Below, piece after piece: positions 55,630 through 64,000 of a stretch of DNA of 64,000 nucleotides. The stretch's first letter is position 1. Each line of letters starts with the position of its first letter. Position numbers and translations under genes: made by a program. The notes below the pieces were generated by a model. That model worked only from the letters and a program-made list of their open reading frames with translations. It searched no databases and was not told where the DNA came from. The stretch is taken from the NCBI GenBank assembly GCA_016787135.1, contig JAEUVK010000083.1:2633-66632 (forward strand), read 5' to 3'. This DNA comes from Chitinophagaceae bacterium. GTDB lineage: Bacteria; Bacteroidota; Bacteroidia; Chitinophagales; Chitinophagaceae.

Positions 55630-55682
55630 CTTCTTTTGGTAACGATCATCCGGCTGCCCTGTTCATCATTCCTGAGACGAGA

Positions 55683-56849
55683 CTATTTTGAATGAATCAT
55701 CAGCCGTTTCATCAGCCATTTCCTTACGGGTACATCATATAATTTCACGCAGGCGTAAGCAATACCGATAGCTGATGCTAATACGATGATTGCCGCAATT
55801 ACTACAGATACTATAGCGCCTGTTGACCCGGCATTGATATAGTCATTGTTCTTGCTTATCCAGGCCATAAACAGGTAGATCAATGGATAATGGATGATAT
55901 AGATCGGGTAGGAGATATCTCCAAGGAACTTACTCATCCTTGCTGCGGGCCTGTCGCTGGGACTGCCACTTGCACCAAGGTAAACGATAAGTGGAAATGC
56001 AATTATAATAGCCATAGAATCATAAATGCCGTTCATCCATAGATGCTCATGTCCGCCAAGCCGGGGAAAAGCCAGTATGGCAACCAGTAAGAGACTGCAC
56101 CAAAGGAAAGCATGACTGATCTGCCCCGGCTTTACTATCCGGGATAAGAGCAGGCCGGCAAAGAAGGGATATAACAAACGGGTAATACCTATCCGCATTT
56201 GCGGGGCATCAATCGCCCACCCGCCTATCACATCTCCCTGCGGGCCCCACACAGCGAGGTGAACCAGCGCCGCACCTGCCATTATTACCAGAATAGCCAG
56301 GAGCGCATTGGGTAATCTCCGTATAAAGAGGGCGTACAGAATATTGGCAATGTATTCGTAAAAAAGTGACCAGGCTGGTCCATTCAGGGGGTGCATTTCT
56401 GTCCAGCCACGGATATCCATGGAGGGAGGAACAGGCAGTAATGTAAAACCGACCAGCATGACAAGTAACATTTTCCAAACGGGTACTTCCTGTATTCCCG
56501 GAAAAAAATGGCTGTTCTGGAAATAGAAAGTGATAGCGCCTATAAGCATGCCCATAATGATCATCGGGTGAAGCCGGATCAACCTTCGTTTGAAAAAACC
56601 ACCCAGACTCATTTTACCCCATCGGTCATCATACGCATAGCCGATTACAAAACCGGAAAGCACAAAGAAGAAATCAACAGCAAGGTAGCCATGATTAATG
56701 ACCTGTTGGGTATGGTCACCGCCGGAGAAAGTTTCAAGTATATGAAACAGCACCACCATGACTGCGGCCACACCCCGTAAGCCATCAAGTATCGGGTAAT
56801 GAGTTTTGGAATCGGAAAAACCTGAGGATGGCATATTCGTTATATTCAT
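55683..56849 (-). CDS. Acyltransferase family 3 (O-acyltransferase) membrane protein
   Basis: 388 aa with about 10 TM helices. The N-terminal ILDGLRGVAAVMVVLFH motif is present. Confidence 0.85.
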   Translation of the reverse strand: MNITNMPSSGFSDSKTHYPILDGLRGVAAVMVVLFHILETFSGGDHTQQVINHGYLAVDFFFVLSGFVIGYAYDDRWGKMSLGGFFKRRLIRLHPMIIMGMLIGAITFYFQNSHFFPGIQEVPVWKMLLVMLVGFTLLPVPPSMDIRGWTEMHPLNGPAWSLFYEYIANILYALFIRRLPNALLAILVIMAGAALVHLAVWGPQGDVIGGWAIDAPQMRIGITRLLYPFFAGLLLSRIVKPGQISHAFLWCSLLLVAILAFPRLGGHEHLWMNGIYDSMAIIIAFPLIVYLGASGSPSDRPAARMSKFLGDISYPIYIIHYPLIYLFMAWISKNNDYINAGSTGAIVSVVIAAIIVLASAIGIAYACVKLYDVPVRKWLMKRLMIHSK

Positions 56850-57109
56850 ATAGCAGTTTTAAGATAACTCATCCCCGATAGGGTTCGATGTGAGTATCCT
56901 TACAAAGGTTGATGGAAAAAGAGTAAGGCGATTTGATAGATGTCAATTAATTCAGAAACGGGTGTGGATCCTTTTGGTTCACGCTGGCAGTTGTGAATGG
57001 CACGATCAGCAAGACGATAGCAAACGCCGAAGCCATATTTTCAACATAACCGCAGGTTTCTGTATGATTCAGGCCTGTTTTATTTGTTCTTTTTAGAATG
57101 GTTAAAGAA

Positions 57110-58240
57110 TCATTTTTTCCCCGTCATCTTCCGGATAAGATCGATCTCTTCCTCTTTGTAGGGAGTATAGTCTGCTTTAAAAAGTATATGATGCCATAAC
57201 GGGGGATCGGCCGTATATCTTTTTTGCCAGCTGTCCCACGGATACTTCGTTTGTTCTTTTCCGTCAGCAAAACCCCAGTTGATCATCCCGGTCTTGTACT
57301 GTTTGGCAATGGGCATAATGGTGATCACCGTGTTCTTTTCCCCTCTTGCCATATACTCTGTACAGATCACCGGCCTGCCGTATGCCAGCAAAGCTTTCAG
57401 TTGCTTATGGAATATAGCAGAGTCATTATAACAATGAAAAGTGATGATGTCCGACTGCTGCAACTGAATCCTTTCAGTGGCTGTCTGGTTCTTCGAACTG
57501 TCTTTATCCCACCCGTTCTTCCACCAGGTCCATACACCCGATGTCAGCGGCTGAACAGGTTCTTCGCTCCGGGCCCAGTCAAACACCTGCGGCAACAGGC
57601 GGTTCACGATAGCTACCTTACTGGCCGGCTCTTTATCGCGGTAGCTGTTATCATTGGTATTATCGGGTTCATTCCACATATCCCAGCACAGGATGCGTTT
57701 GTCGTTCTTAAAGGCACGGATGATCCCTTTCACATATTGTTTTAACTGATTGTACTTCGCTGGATCGGTCAGTAGCAAAGCGCCGGGACTTTGTACCCAC
57801 CCGGAATTATGCAACCCGGGTTGTGGCTGCCGTTGCTTGCCGGTTTCCGGAAAAGGATCCCAGCAGCTATCAAAGAAAACAAGCATAGGCCTGATACCAT
57901 GCTTTGCACAAATGCGCAAAAAAATGTCGATCCGCTTTATAAAACCGGGTGCATCCTGCTGCCAGAGTTTATCATGCAGGAAAACACGAAGCGTATTGAA
58001 ACCGATGCTTTCAGCCAGGGCCAGTTCTTTATCAATGGTGGCCGTATCAAAAGTTTCTGCCTGCCACATTTCCAGTTGGTTGATAGCAGTAACGGGTAAA
58101 TAATTGCAGCCGGTGAGCCAGGGTTGTTGCTGGTACCACGCCTTTGCTTTTTGCGGCGACCACCTGGTTTGAGCGGAAACGAGGGCCAAAGCTCCGGATA
58201 ACAGGAACAGTGCCGTAAGAGTGAGTTTCTTGTTTATCAT
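57110..58240 (-). CDS. Clan GH-A glycoside hydrolase (GH5-like; homologues often annotated 1,4-beta-xylanase)
   Basis: 376 aa. There is a signal peptide, a TIM-barrel pattern with the acid/base motif WDMWNEPDN, and a later TEYMA segment. Confidence 0.65.
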   Translation of the reverse strand: MINKKLTLTALFLLSGALALVSAQTRWSPQKAKAWYQQQPWLTGCNYLPVTAINQLEMWQAETFDTATIDKELALAESIGFNTLRVFLHDKLWQQDAPGFIKRIDIFLRICAKHGIRPMLVFFDSCWDPFPETGKQRQPQPGLHNSGWVQSPGALLLTDPAKYNQLKQYVKGIIRAFKNDKRILCWDMWNEPDNTNDNSYRDKEPASKVAIVNRLLPQVFDWARSEEPVQPLTSGVWTWWKNGWDKDSSKNQTATERIQLQQSDIITFHCYNDSAIFHKQLKALLAYGRPVICTEYMARGEKNTVITIMPIAKQYKTGMINWGFADGKEQTKYPWDSWQKRYTADPPLWHHILFKADYTPYKEEEIDLIRKMTGKK

Positions 58241-58509
58241 CGCTGTGCTTTTTGATTGGAACTTATCTCAAAAGCCATGAAAAAATACCACATCGTAGCG
58301 TCTTTGCGCCATTGCGTGATAATATACTTTTGAGACAGCTTCCGGCAGATACTGGTCAAAAGTAATGATAAGCGTCACTTCATTCATTTGAACCTAAAGG
58401 AAAGTAGTATGAGGATAGATATGAAAGATCATTTTACGCAGGGCAAATCGTGATACGATCCGGCAGTTATGATAGAATTCCTCTTGCTTACGTTAAAGCT
58501 TTTTTATCC

Positions 58510-59982
58510 TTACCATTTTATAAAATGAAGACCCTCGTTTTTTTCATTTTTTGCAGGCGATACAAGCCTCAGAACATAACTGCCCTTTGATAGGTTACTG
58601 ATGTTGATGGACTGTTGCTCTGCTGCCACTACGGTTGACCATACCAGTTGACCGTTTTTATCAAAGAACTGTGCCAGCAGTTTGGAAGAGTTGTCTTTGT
58701 TGTAGAGATATAATACATCTTTGGCCGGGTTAGGCCCGATATACAGCCTGTTTGCAGTTCTTGTATTGACCACTTTCGTAGGCGACATACTTTTTGCGCC
58801 GGAAACAGAGTGTTGTACGATCCGGTAATGGTTATTCCCGTCTGCATATCCATTGTGGCTGTAATGATACACTTTCAGGTTATCAGCAGTGGAATTATCC
58901 TTTGGAATACTGGCTATTGTTTGCCAGTGTTCCCCGTCCCTGCTGTACTCAATAGTATAGCTTTCTGTACTTCCGTTTTCATTGACTTTCCAGGTAAGGC
59001 TGACAGCATTCTTTGTAAGCGTTGCGGAAAAATTGACCCATAACGTAGCAAGTACTCCCGGCGGATATACGCAGGATGTCAGGTCATCCCCATATCCGTT
59101 AACAGGAAGTGTGCCTATTAACGTCAGTACTCCGGGAGTGGCCATCTCATAAAGCTTGTTGTATTGTACGGCACAGGGCGGAGTAGCACACGACCCGGTA
59201 GAAAGATACATTTTGCCTTCACTGTTAAACGCAATGCCGGTAAAACTTACACCGCTTATCGGGTTGGCTGTGACGGGTACAATAGTATCTACTGTTACAC
59301 TGGCTACCGCTGTCACAGGAAGGGGCGCTTTGATCCGGTACAGTGCATATTGTGTATTGTTTGAAGCCAGTATCCATAAATTATCGTTGCCGTCAAACGC
59401 CATATCCCCGGAGTTAAGGGTCCGGATAGGGGCAACATTACTACCCAGTGCATCCACAAATGATTGCGTGATCAATGTCCAGGTATCAAGGGCTATATTG
59501 TAATAATAGAAGGCGGGATTAGTAACCGGGTATCCCATGGCAACCGTTGCACCCGGGAAAATCATATAATAGCCGGAACCATCCCGTGTCCCCGTGCCCG
59601 TTCTGATCTTACCGGTTGTGCCTAAGGGCAGGGCCGGGCCCGAAGGGATCGCTTTGGCTACTTTGCTGCCTGAAACGGGATTATAGGAAACAAATTCTGT
59701 GAAGTCAGAATTGCCGATATGATTAAAAAAATAAAAGAGACCGGTGATCTGGCTGAAGCCTATCCCGTTTGCATTGGCCGAACCTGCTGCCGGGCTTCCT
59801 GCAAGGGCCGCCCCGGCGTCGTTTACATTGATCGCAACAATTTGGCCGGACCCGGATCCGGTGATTGAGTTCAGGCCATAGACACTATCTGCTGAGTTTG
59901 AGCAAATTTGTGCCTGCACCTGTATGCTGCCGGCGACAAGCAGTAATGCCGGGAACCAGGGTATAATTTTTTTCATAGTCAT
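58510..59982 (-). CDS. Secreted protein of unknown function with T9SS type A C-terminal sorting domain
   Basis: 490 aa. There is a signal peptide, an N-terminal beta-rich region, an Fn3-like module (LTWKV...YTIEYSRDGEHW) and the C-terminal LYIGPNPAKDVLYL...GSYVLRL. Confidence 0.75.
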   Translation of the reverse strand: MTMKKIIPWFPALLLVAGSIQVQAQICSNSADSVYGLNSITGSGSGQIVAINVNDAGAALAGSPAAGSANANGIGFSQITGLFYFFNHIGNSDFTEFVSYNPVSGSKVAKAIPSGPALPLGTTGKIRTGTGTRDGSGYYMIFPGATVAMGYPVTNPAFYYYNIALDTWTLITQSFVDALGSNVAPIRTLNSGDMAFDGNDNLWILASNNTQYALYRIKAPLPVTAVASVTVDTIVPVTANPISGVSFTGIAFNSEGKMYLSTGSCATPPCAVQYNKLYEMATPGVLTLIGTLPVNGYGDDLTSCVYPPGVLATLWVNFSATLTKNAVSLTWKVNENGSTESYTIEYSRDGEHWQTIASIPKDNSTADNLKVYHYSHNGYADGNNHYRIVQHSVSGAKSMSPTKVVNTRTANRLYIGPNPAKDVLYLYNKDNSSKLLAQFFDKNGQLVWSTVVAAEQQSINISNLSKGSYVLRLVSPAKNEKNEGLHFIKW

Positions 59983-60029
59983 GGAAATTGCAGGTTCGTT
60001 TTTCGTAGGCGGTTATACATTTTCTGTTC

Positions 60030-61790
60030 TTACTTCACTATAATGCTTTTGTTGATCTTTATCCCGTTTCCTTCCAGTTGCACATAGTGTATTCCTTTTA
60101 CGACAACAGCCGGTAGTGTTATAGTCTTGACAAGACTGCTCTCATCATTTACAGTAATTGATCTTGTTAACAGGGTGTTTCCCGTACTGCTGATCACTTT
60201 GATCTTATAGGCGCCCTGGCTGATATTGGTAAGAAGCAGGTTCAGGACACCGTCCGTCACAGGATTAGGAGAAACTTTGATTTCAAAATCCTTCCTGTTA
60301 TTCTTTCTGACAGGTATTATTGAGCTATAATGGGCTGACCCGTTTCGGGATACGGCATTGATCCGGTAATAAACTGTTTTGTTGTCATCAGCCTGATCAT
60401 CGAAATCATAAACAGGCAGTCCTGTTGCGCCGGCTCTTCCAATTACTGTGAAATCGTTTCCGGTAACTGATTTTTGAATTTCATAATGATCTACTTCACT
60501 TTCATCACCGTTTTGCCATGATAAATGTGTTTTATCAGCGTATTCTTTAGCTGTGAAGCTGATGAATCGCACGGGCAAAGTAACCAGCGGGAATTCCATT
60601 ACCGAAGCAGCCATTAATATGGCGGCATAACCATGCGGATGCTGCGTGCCGGCGGCTACCGGGCAATCTACCGGCTGAAGTGATGCCTGCACATACAGGG
60701 CTTCGGTATTCTGGACACTCATTGCCGGAGAGAAGTCATTGATACGTGGTTTGCTGTCTGTATAGTTGTCGATCTTTGCTTGAAGGCCCGTCCAGCCACT
60801 TTGCGCTACAGGCAGGTAAGTAGCAGCATTGATCCAGCCACTATCGGATGCCGTTTTAAGTGCATACACAAACATGGCGCTGCCGGAGGTCTCCAGGTAA
60901 TTACCCGGTAGTGTGCCGGCAGTTTTGTCAACTACATGCCACCATAAACCGGTGGCAGCATCCTGGTATGTGTCGATACCAATAGCCAGGTTATTCAAAG
61001 CCGTTAACAATTGTGCCCGTTTAGGATGCGATGAAGGGACATATTTCAGTATATCCACCAGCGCCATCATATACCATCCCATTGCACGGGACCATACAGA
61101 AGTAGAATTTCCGGTGGTTGCATTGGCCCATGTCTGGGTCTTGGTGGGGTTCCAGGCATGCTTTATTAAATGCGTCGTATTATCATATAATTGATTATAC
61201 ACAAACAACGTTTGATTGACGGCTGTGTCAATAGCCGCGTTGTCTCCGAATAAACGTCCATACTTTGCGAGGAAAGGATGGCCCATGTATATTCCATCGA
61301 GCATCACAATATCATTATAACTTCCATTGTTCTTATGCCAGAATATCCCTCCGATGGCCGTCTTTGGATAGGTGGCGGAAGGCCCTACCAATATGTTCCG
61401 CAGGTTGGTGGCGGCATTTCTATACTTGGTAGAATCAGCGGCATTGCTTTTCAGTTTTTCATACAGAAAAAGGACAGTGATACCCGGGTGTATCTTGTCA
61501 AGGCTGTTCACCGTTGCTGAAATCGTGCCACTCGCATTTACATACAGGTCTATATAAGCTTTGATGTAAGCGAGATAAGAAGCGTCGTTCACCCAGTTAT
61601 ACACTTTTTCCATGCCATGCGTAATGATGGTATTGGAATATTCCCAGCCTTTACTGGTCATATTATTGATAGTGGGAGTGTACCGGCTTTCAATAGCATC
61701 AGAAAACTTAACAGACCAGGTGTTGGAAGCCTGGCTAAAACAGGATAAAGAAAACAACAGGAAAATGCAACCAAAAAATGGATTCTTCAT
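60030..61790 (-). CDS. GH88/GH105 family unsaturated glycuronyl/rhamnogalacturonyl hydrolase with T9SS type A sorting domain
   Basis: In the ORF track 60030..61829, the Met at 61790 gives a signal peptide. The sequences FWHKN...MLDGIYMGHPFLAKYG and WSRAMGWYMMAL are YteR/UGL-like. The C-terminal VSPNPVTDGVLNL...GAYKIKV is a Por_Secre_tail. Confidence 0.75.
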   Translation of the reverse strand: MKNPFFGCIFLLFSLSCFSQASNTWSVKFSDAIESRYTPTINNMTSKGWEYSNTIITHGMEKVYNWVNDASYLAYIKAYIDLYVNASGTISATVNSLDKIHPGITVLFLYEKLKSNAADSTKYRNAATNLRNILVGPSATYPKTAIGGIFWHKNNGSYNDIVMLDGIYMGHPFLAKYGRLFGDNAAIDTAVNQTLFVYNQLYDNTTHLIKHAWNPTKTQTWANATTGNSTSVWSRAMGWYMMALVDILKYVPSSHPKRAQLLTALNNLAIGIDTYQDAATGLWWHVVDKTAGTLPGNYLETSGSAMFVYALKTASDSGWINAATYLPVAQSGWTGLQAKIDNYTDSKPRINDFSPAMSVQNTEALYVQASLQPVDCPVAAGTQHPHGYAAILMAASVMEFPLVTLPVRFISFTAKEYADKTHLSWQNGDESEVDHYEIQKSVTGNDFTVIGRAGATGLPVYDFDDQADDNKTVYYRINAVSRNGSAHYSSIIPVRKNNRKDFEIKVSPNPVTDGVLNLLLTNISQGAYKIKVISSTGNTLLTRSITVNDESSLVKTITLPAVVVKGIHYVQLEGNGIKINKSIIVK

Positions 61791-62369
61791 GGGTTCGGAT
61801 TTTAAACTTTTATTACGGCAATAAAACATCCGGTTTGCGTTAGAATTCCACCGGAGTTTTTAATTTATGATTATTTATTTACAAGTATTAGGGTGTAATA
61901 ATTAACCATTAACTGCAAAAAAATGAATAACTGTCATTTGTACAAATATCTCTATATGACTTTTGTCAACATAGTGGATTTCGTTGCTACAATGAGTAAA
62001 GATGCTTGGTAACAATTCAAGAACTGACATTATTCAAACCAAACAAATACTATTTTATCATCGCATCTTTTCATGCAAAAGACATTAGGAATACAAGGAA
62101 ATATTCAATACCTGGTGAATGACTGTAGTCATAGTACTACACCTGCTGTCTTCGGTTGATGACTTCTGAATAAGAAAAGCTTCTATTTCACAGGCCGTCC
62201 CTGTTTATTTACTTTGTATCGTCGTTCAGGCAAACAACTAAAGAACACAGCGCTATCCAATACCCTTGAAGGACTCTTTGAAAACACCGGACAGTCACCG
62301 GTAAGCAGACAAAGAGCATGAAGAACCCGCCTGATGACATTAATAAGTAACCGTCCATTACTTGATCAG

Positions 62370-62404
62370 ACCCTGTTCATTCCAATGAGCAGGGTTTCTT
62401 TTTC
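62370..62404 (+). terminator. Orphan intrinsic terminator upstream of the aldo/keto reductase gene
   Basis: ACCCTGTTCAT-TCCA-ATGAGCAGGGT forms 11 bp with one G.T pair and is followed by TTCTTTTTC. There is no ORF of 60 aa or more upstream on this strand. Confidence 0.6.
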
Positions 62405-62448
62405 GCCTTACTATCCCCGGTCACAAACCCGGTGGTTATCTTTACAAT

Positions 62449-63351
62449 ATGCAATACCGCCGCTTAGGTAATACTGATATACAGGTCTCCGCTATTGGAT
62501 TCGGCTGCATGTCATTACCTGTTAGCAATGAAAAGGAATGTACAGCCCTTATCCATCAGGCCATGGATCTCGGCATCAATTATTTTGACACAGCCGACCT
62601 GTATGATAAAGGAATGAATGAAACAGTTGTTGGCAAAGCGCTGAAAGAAAAGAGAAATAAAATAATACTGGCAACCAAAGCGGGTAATCAATGGAAGGCT
62701 GATGGCAGCGGGTGGGACTGGAACCCGCGGAAAGAATACATTTTGCAGGCGGCGGAAGAAAGCCTGCGCCGCCTGCAAACGGACTATATAGACCTTTACC
62801 AGTTGCATGGCGGAACGATTGATGACCCTGTTGATGAAACGATCGGGGCTTTTGAACTATTGAAACAACAGGGAAAGATCCGGCAGTATGGAATATCTTC
62901 CATCCGGCCGAATGTGATCAATGAATATGTGCATCGATCGTCCATTGTAAGCGTGATGATGCAATACAGTCTTGCCGACAGAAGACCGGAAGAAAATATC
63001 CTCGGGCTTTTACACCAAAGCAATATTTCAGTACTGGCCAGGGGTACGCTGGCGCAGGGCTTGCTGGTGAATAAACCGGCAAAAGACTACCAGGGCTATA
63101 GTAAAGAAGAGATATCAGCTCTTCAAAAAGCCATTCATAGTGCTTCAGGCAATGAAAGGACACCGGCACAGACAGCCATACAATATGTATTACACCACCC
63201 GGCCATAGCGTCGGTTGTTGCCGGCATCAGGAACAAAGAGCAACTGGAAGATGTAAGCAAGACCGTTCCCGTTTTATCTGCGGAAGAATATCAGATACTG
63301 CGGGGAGCAGCAGATCCTACTGTTTATGAACAACACAGAATTGATCATTGA
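62449..63351 (+). CDS. Aldo/keto reductase
   Basis: 300 aa. GFGCMSL, INYFDTADLY, IDLYQLH and QYGISS are AKR hallmarks. Confidence 0.9.
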   Translation: MQYRRLGNTDIQVSAIGFGCMSLPVSNEKECTALIHQAMDLGINYFDTADLYDKGMNETVVGKALKEKRNKIILATKAGNQWKADGSGWDWNPRKEYILQAAEESLRRLQTDYIDLYQLHGGTIDDPVDETIGAFELLKQQGKIRQYGISSIRPNVINEYVHRSSIVSVMMQYSLADRRPEENILGLLHQSNISVLARGTLAQGLLVNKPAKDYQGYSKEEISALQKAIHSASGNERTPAQTAIQYVLHHPAIASVVAGIRNKEQLEDVSKTVPVLSAEEYQILRGAADPTVYEQHRIDH

Positions 63352-63871
63352 GCAAACTAAAAAGTGGATCACCGATGTGGTGATTGCCTGCAACTTTTGT
63401 CCCTTCGCGGCCAAAGAAGTGAAGCAGAACAGGGTGTGCTATTTAGTTGAATTAAGCGATGATCCCGGGACATGCCTGCAATCTGTTTTACAGGAATGCA
63501 GACGACTGGATGATAATGCTGGTATTGAAACCACTTTTCTGATCATGCCCAATGCTGTTCCGTCGTTTGAAAAATATCTTGATCTGCTTGCTGCTGCAGA
63601 AAAGTTGTTAGAGAAGAAGGGGTACGAAGGGATTTACCAGGTAGCCAGTTTTCATCCTTTGTATCTTTTTGCCGGTGCGCCGGAAACCGATGCGGCTAAT
63701 TATACCAACCGGTCTCCCTATCCTATGTTGCACCTCCTTAGGGAAGAGAGCATTGAAAAAGTATTGGAAAAATATCCCGATCCCGATCAGATACCAGAAC
63801 GTAATATTCGTTTTGCAAGAGAGAAAGGAACAGCCTATCTGCAAATGCTGCTCGCCGCCTGTATGAAATGA
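63326..63871 (+). CDS. DUF1415 domain-containing protein
   Basis: 181 aa. The CNFCPFA motif near the N-terminus is present, along with ...FHPLY.F.G and NYTNRSPYPMLHLLRE. The gene overlaps the AKR gene by 26 nt. Confidence 0.7.
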   Translation: MNNTELIIEQTKKWITDVVIACNFCPFAAKEVKQNRVCYLVELSDDPGTCLQSVLQECRRLDDNAGIETTFLIMPNAVPSFEKYLDLLAAAEKLLEKKGYEGIYQVASFHPLYLFAGAPETDAANYTNRSPYPMLHLLREESIEKVLEKYPDPDQIPERNIRFAREKGTAYLQMLLAACMK

Positions 63872-64000
63872 TTATAACACTGAGAGGATGACGGTCACGA
63901 TACAACCTTTGCCCGGGGCCGCCTGTACGTTTACTGTACCGTTATAAAAACTCACCCTTTCATAAATATTGGAGAGCCCGATACCCTGGTGGGTTTGCCG
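63872..64000 (-). CDS. Sensor histidine kinase, C-terminal fragment (continues beyond the window)
   Basis: The minus-strand translation ...RQTHQGIGLSNIYERVSFYNGTVNVQAAPGKGCIVTVILSVL* shows the G2 box and tail of an HATPase_c domain of LytS/YehU-type kinases. Confidence 0.7.
   Translation of the reverse strand, partial: RQTHQGIGLSNIYERVSFYNGTVNVQAAPGKGCIVTVILSVL

Noticed and set aside
58266-58335. 9-bp inverted repeat TCTCAAAAG...CTTTTGAGA with a 52-nt spacer between the T9SS cargo gene and the GH5-like gene.
   Set aside because: The stem is short and AT-rich and the loop is long. It has weak predictive value as a terminator or an operator.

Overview
This is a chromosomal window from a Bacteroidota genome, probably Chitinophagaceae or Sphingobacteriia-like. 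The taxon call rests on TTTG/TAnnTTTG promoter boxes, T9SS type A and type B sorting domains, and the DUF4834, DUF6660 and IPExxxVDY families.

Content from start to end:
- 1-630: a partial tRNA-Met followed by two tandem copies of a unit made of a tRNA 3' half, a terminator hairpin and a decayed GIY-YIG gene.
- 1.0-7.4 kb: the rimP-nusA-infB translation operon with a leader hairpin, then a SurA-like chaperone gene.
- 7.4-19 kb: housekeeping and metabolic genes, including pterin dehydratase, an M28 peptidase, feoB, a beta-lactamase-like/M20 pair, chrA, nadD, feoA, ybeY and mnmG.
- 19.0-22.1 kb: a compact three-gene operon encoding two SET-domain methyltransferases and two Ddl-like ATP-grasp ligases. 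One ligase and one SET domain are fused in a single protein. I consider this the most interesting, apparently uncharacterised system in the window.
- 22.3-27.3 kb: a T9SS-B secreted protein, a Pif1-like helicase with a tail-less SSB, and a zinc-ribbon protein.
- 27.4-33.8 kb: a 2125-aa LamG/Ig-like/7-bladed-propeller surface protein.
- 34.0-44.2 kb: tRNA-Phe, recQ, kpsF, a GDP-mannose pathway gene and assorted metabolic genes.
- 44.2-48.4 kb: an arsenic island (arsR-arsN2-arsM-acr3-arsC) that carries an unannotated 30-codon Cys-pair ORF and two downstream Cys-rich secreted proteins.
- 48.5-52.9 kb: two tandem GT-C glycosyltransferases plus gene remnants.
- 52.9-64.0 kb: hydrolase and T9SS cargo genes, a 600-bp non-coding stretch with an orphan terminator, an aldo/keto reductase-DUF1415 pair, and a partial histidine kinase.

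I saw no CRISPR array, rRNA gene, integrase or transposase. All product calls come from motif recognition by eye. No database search was run.
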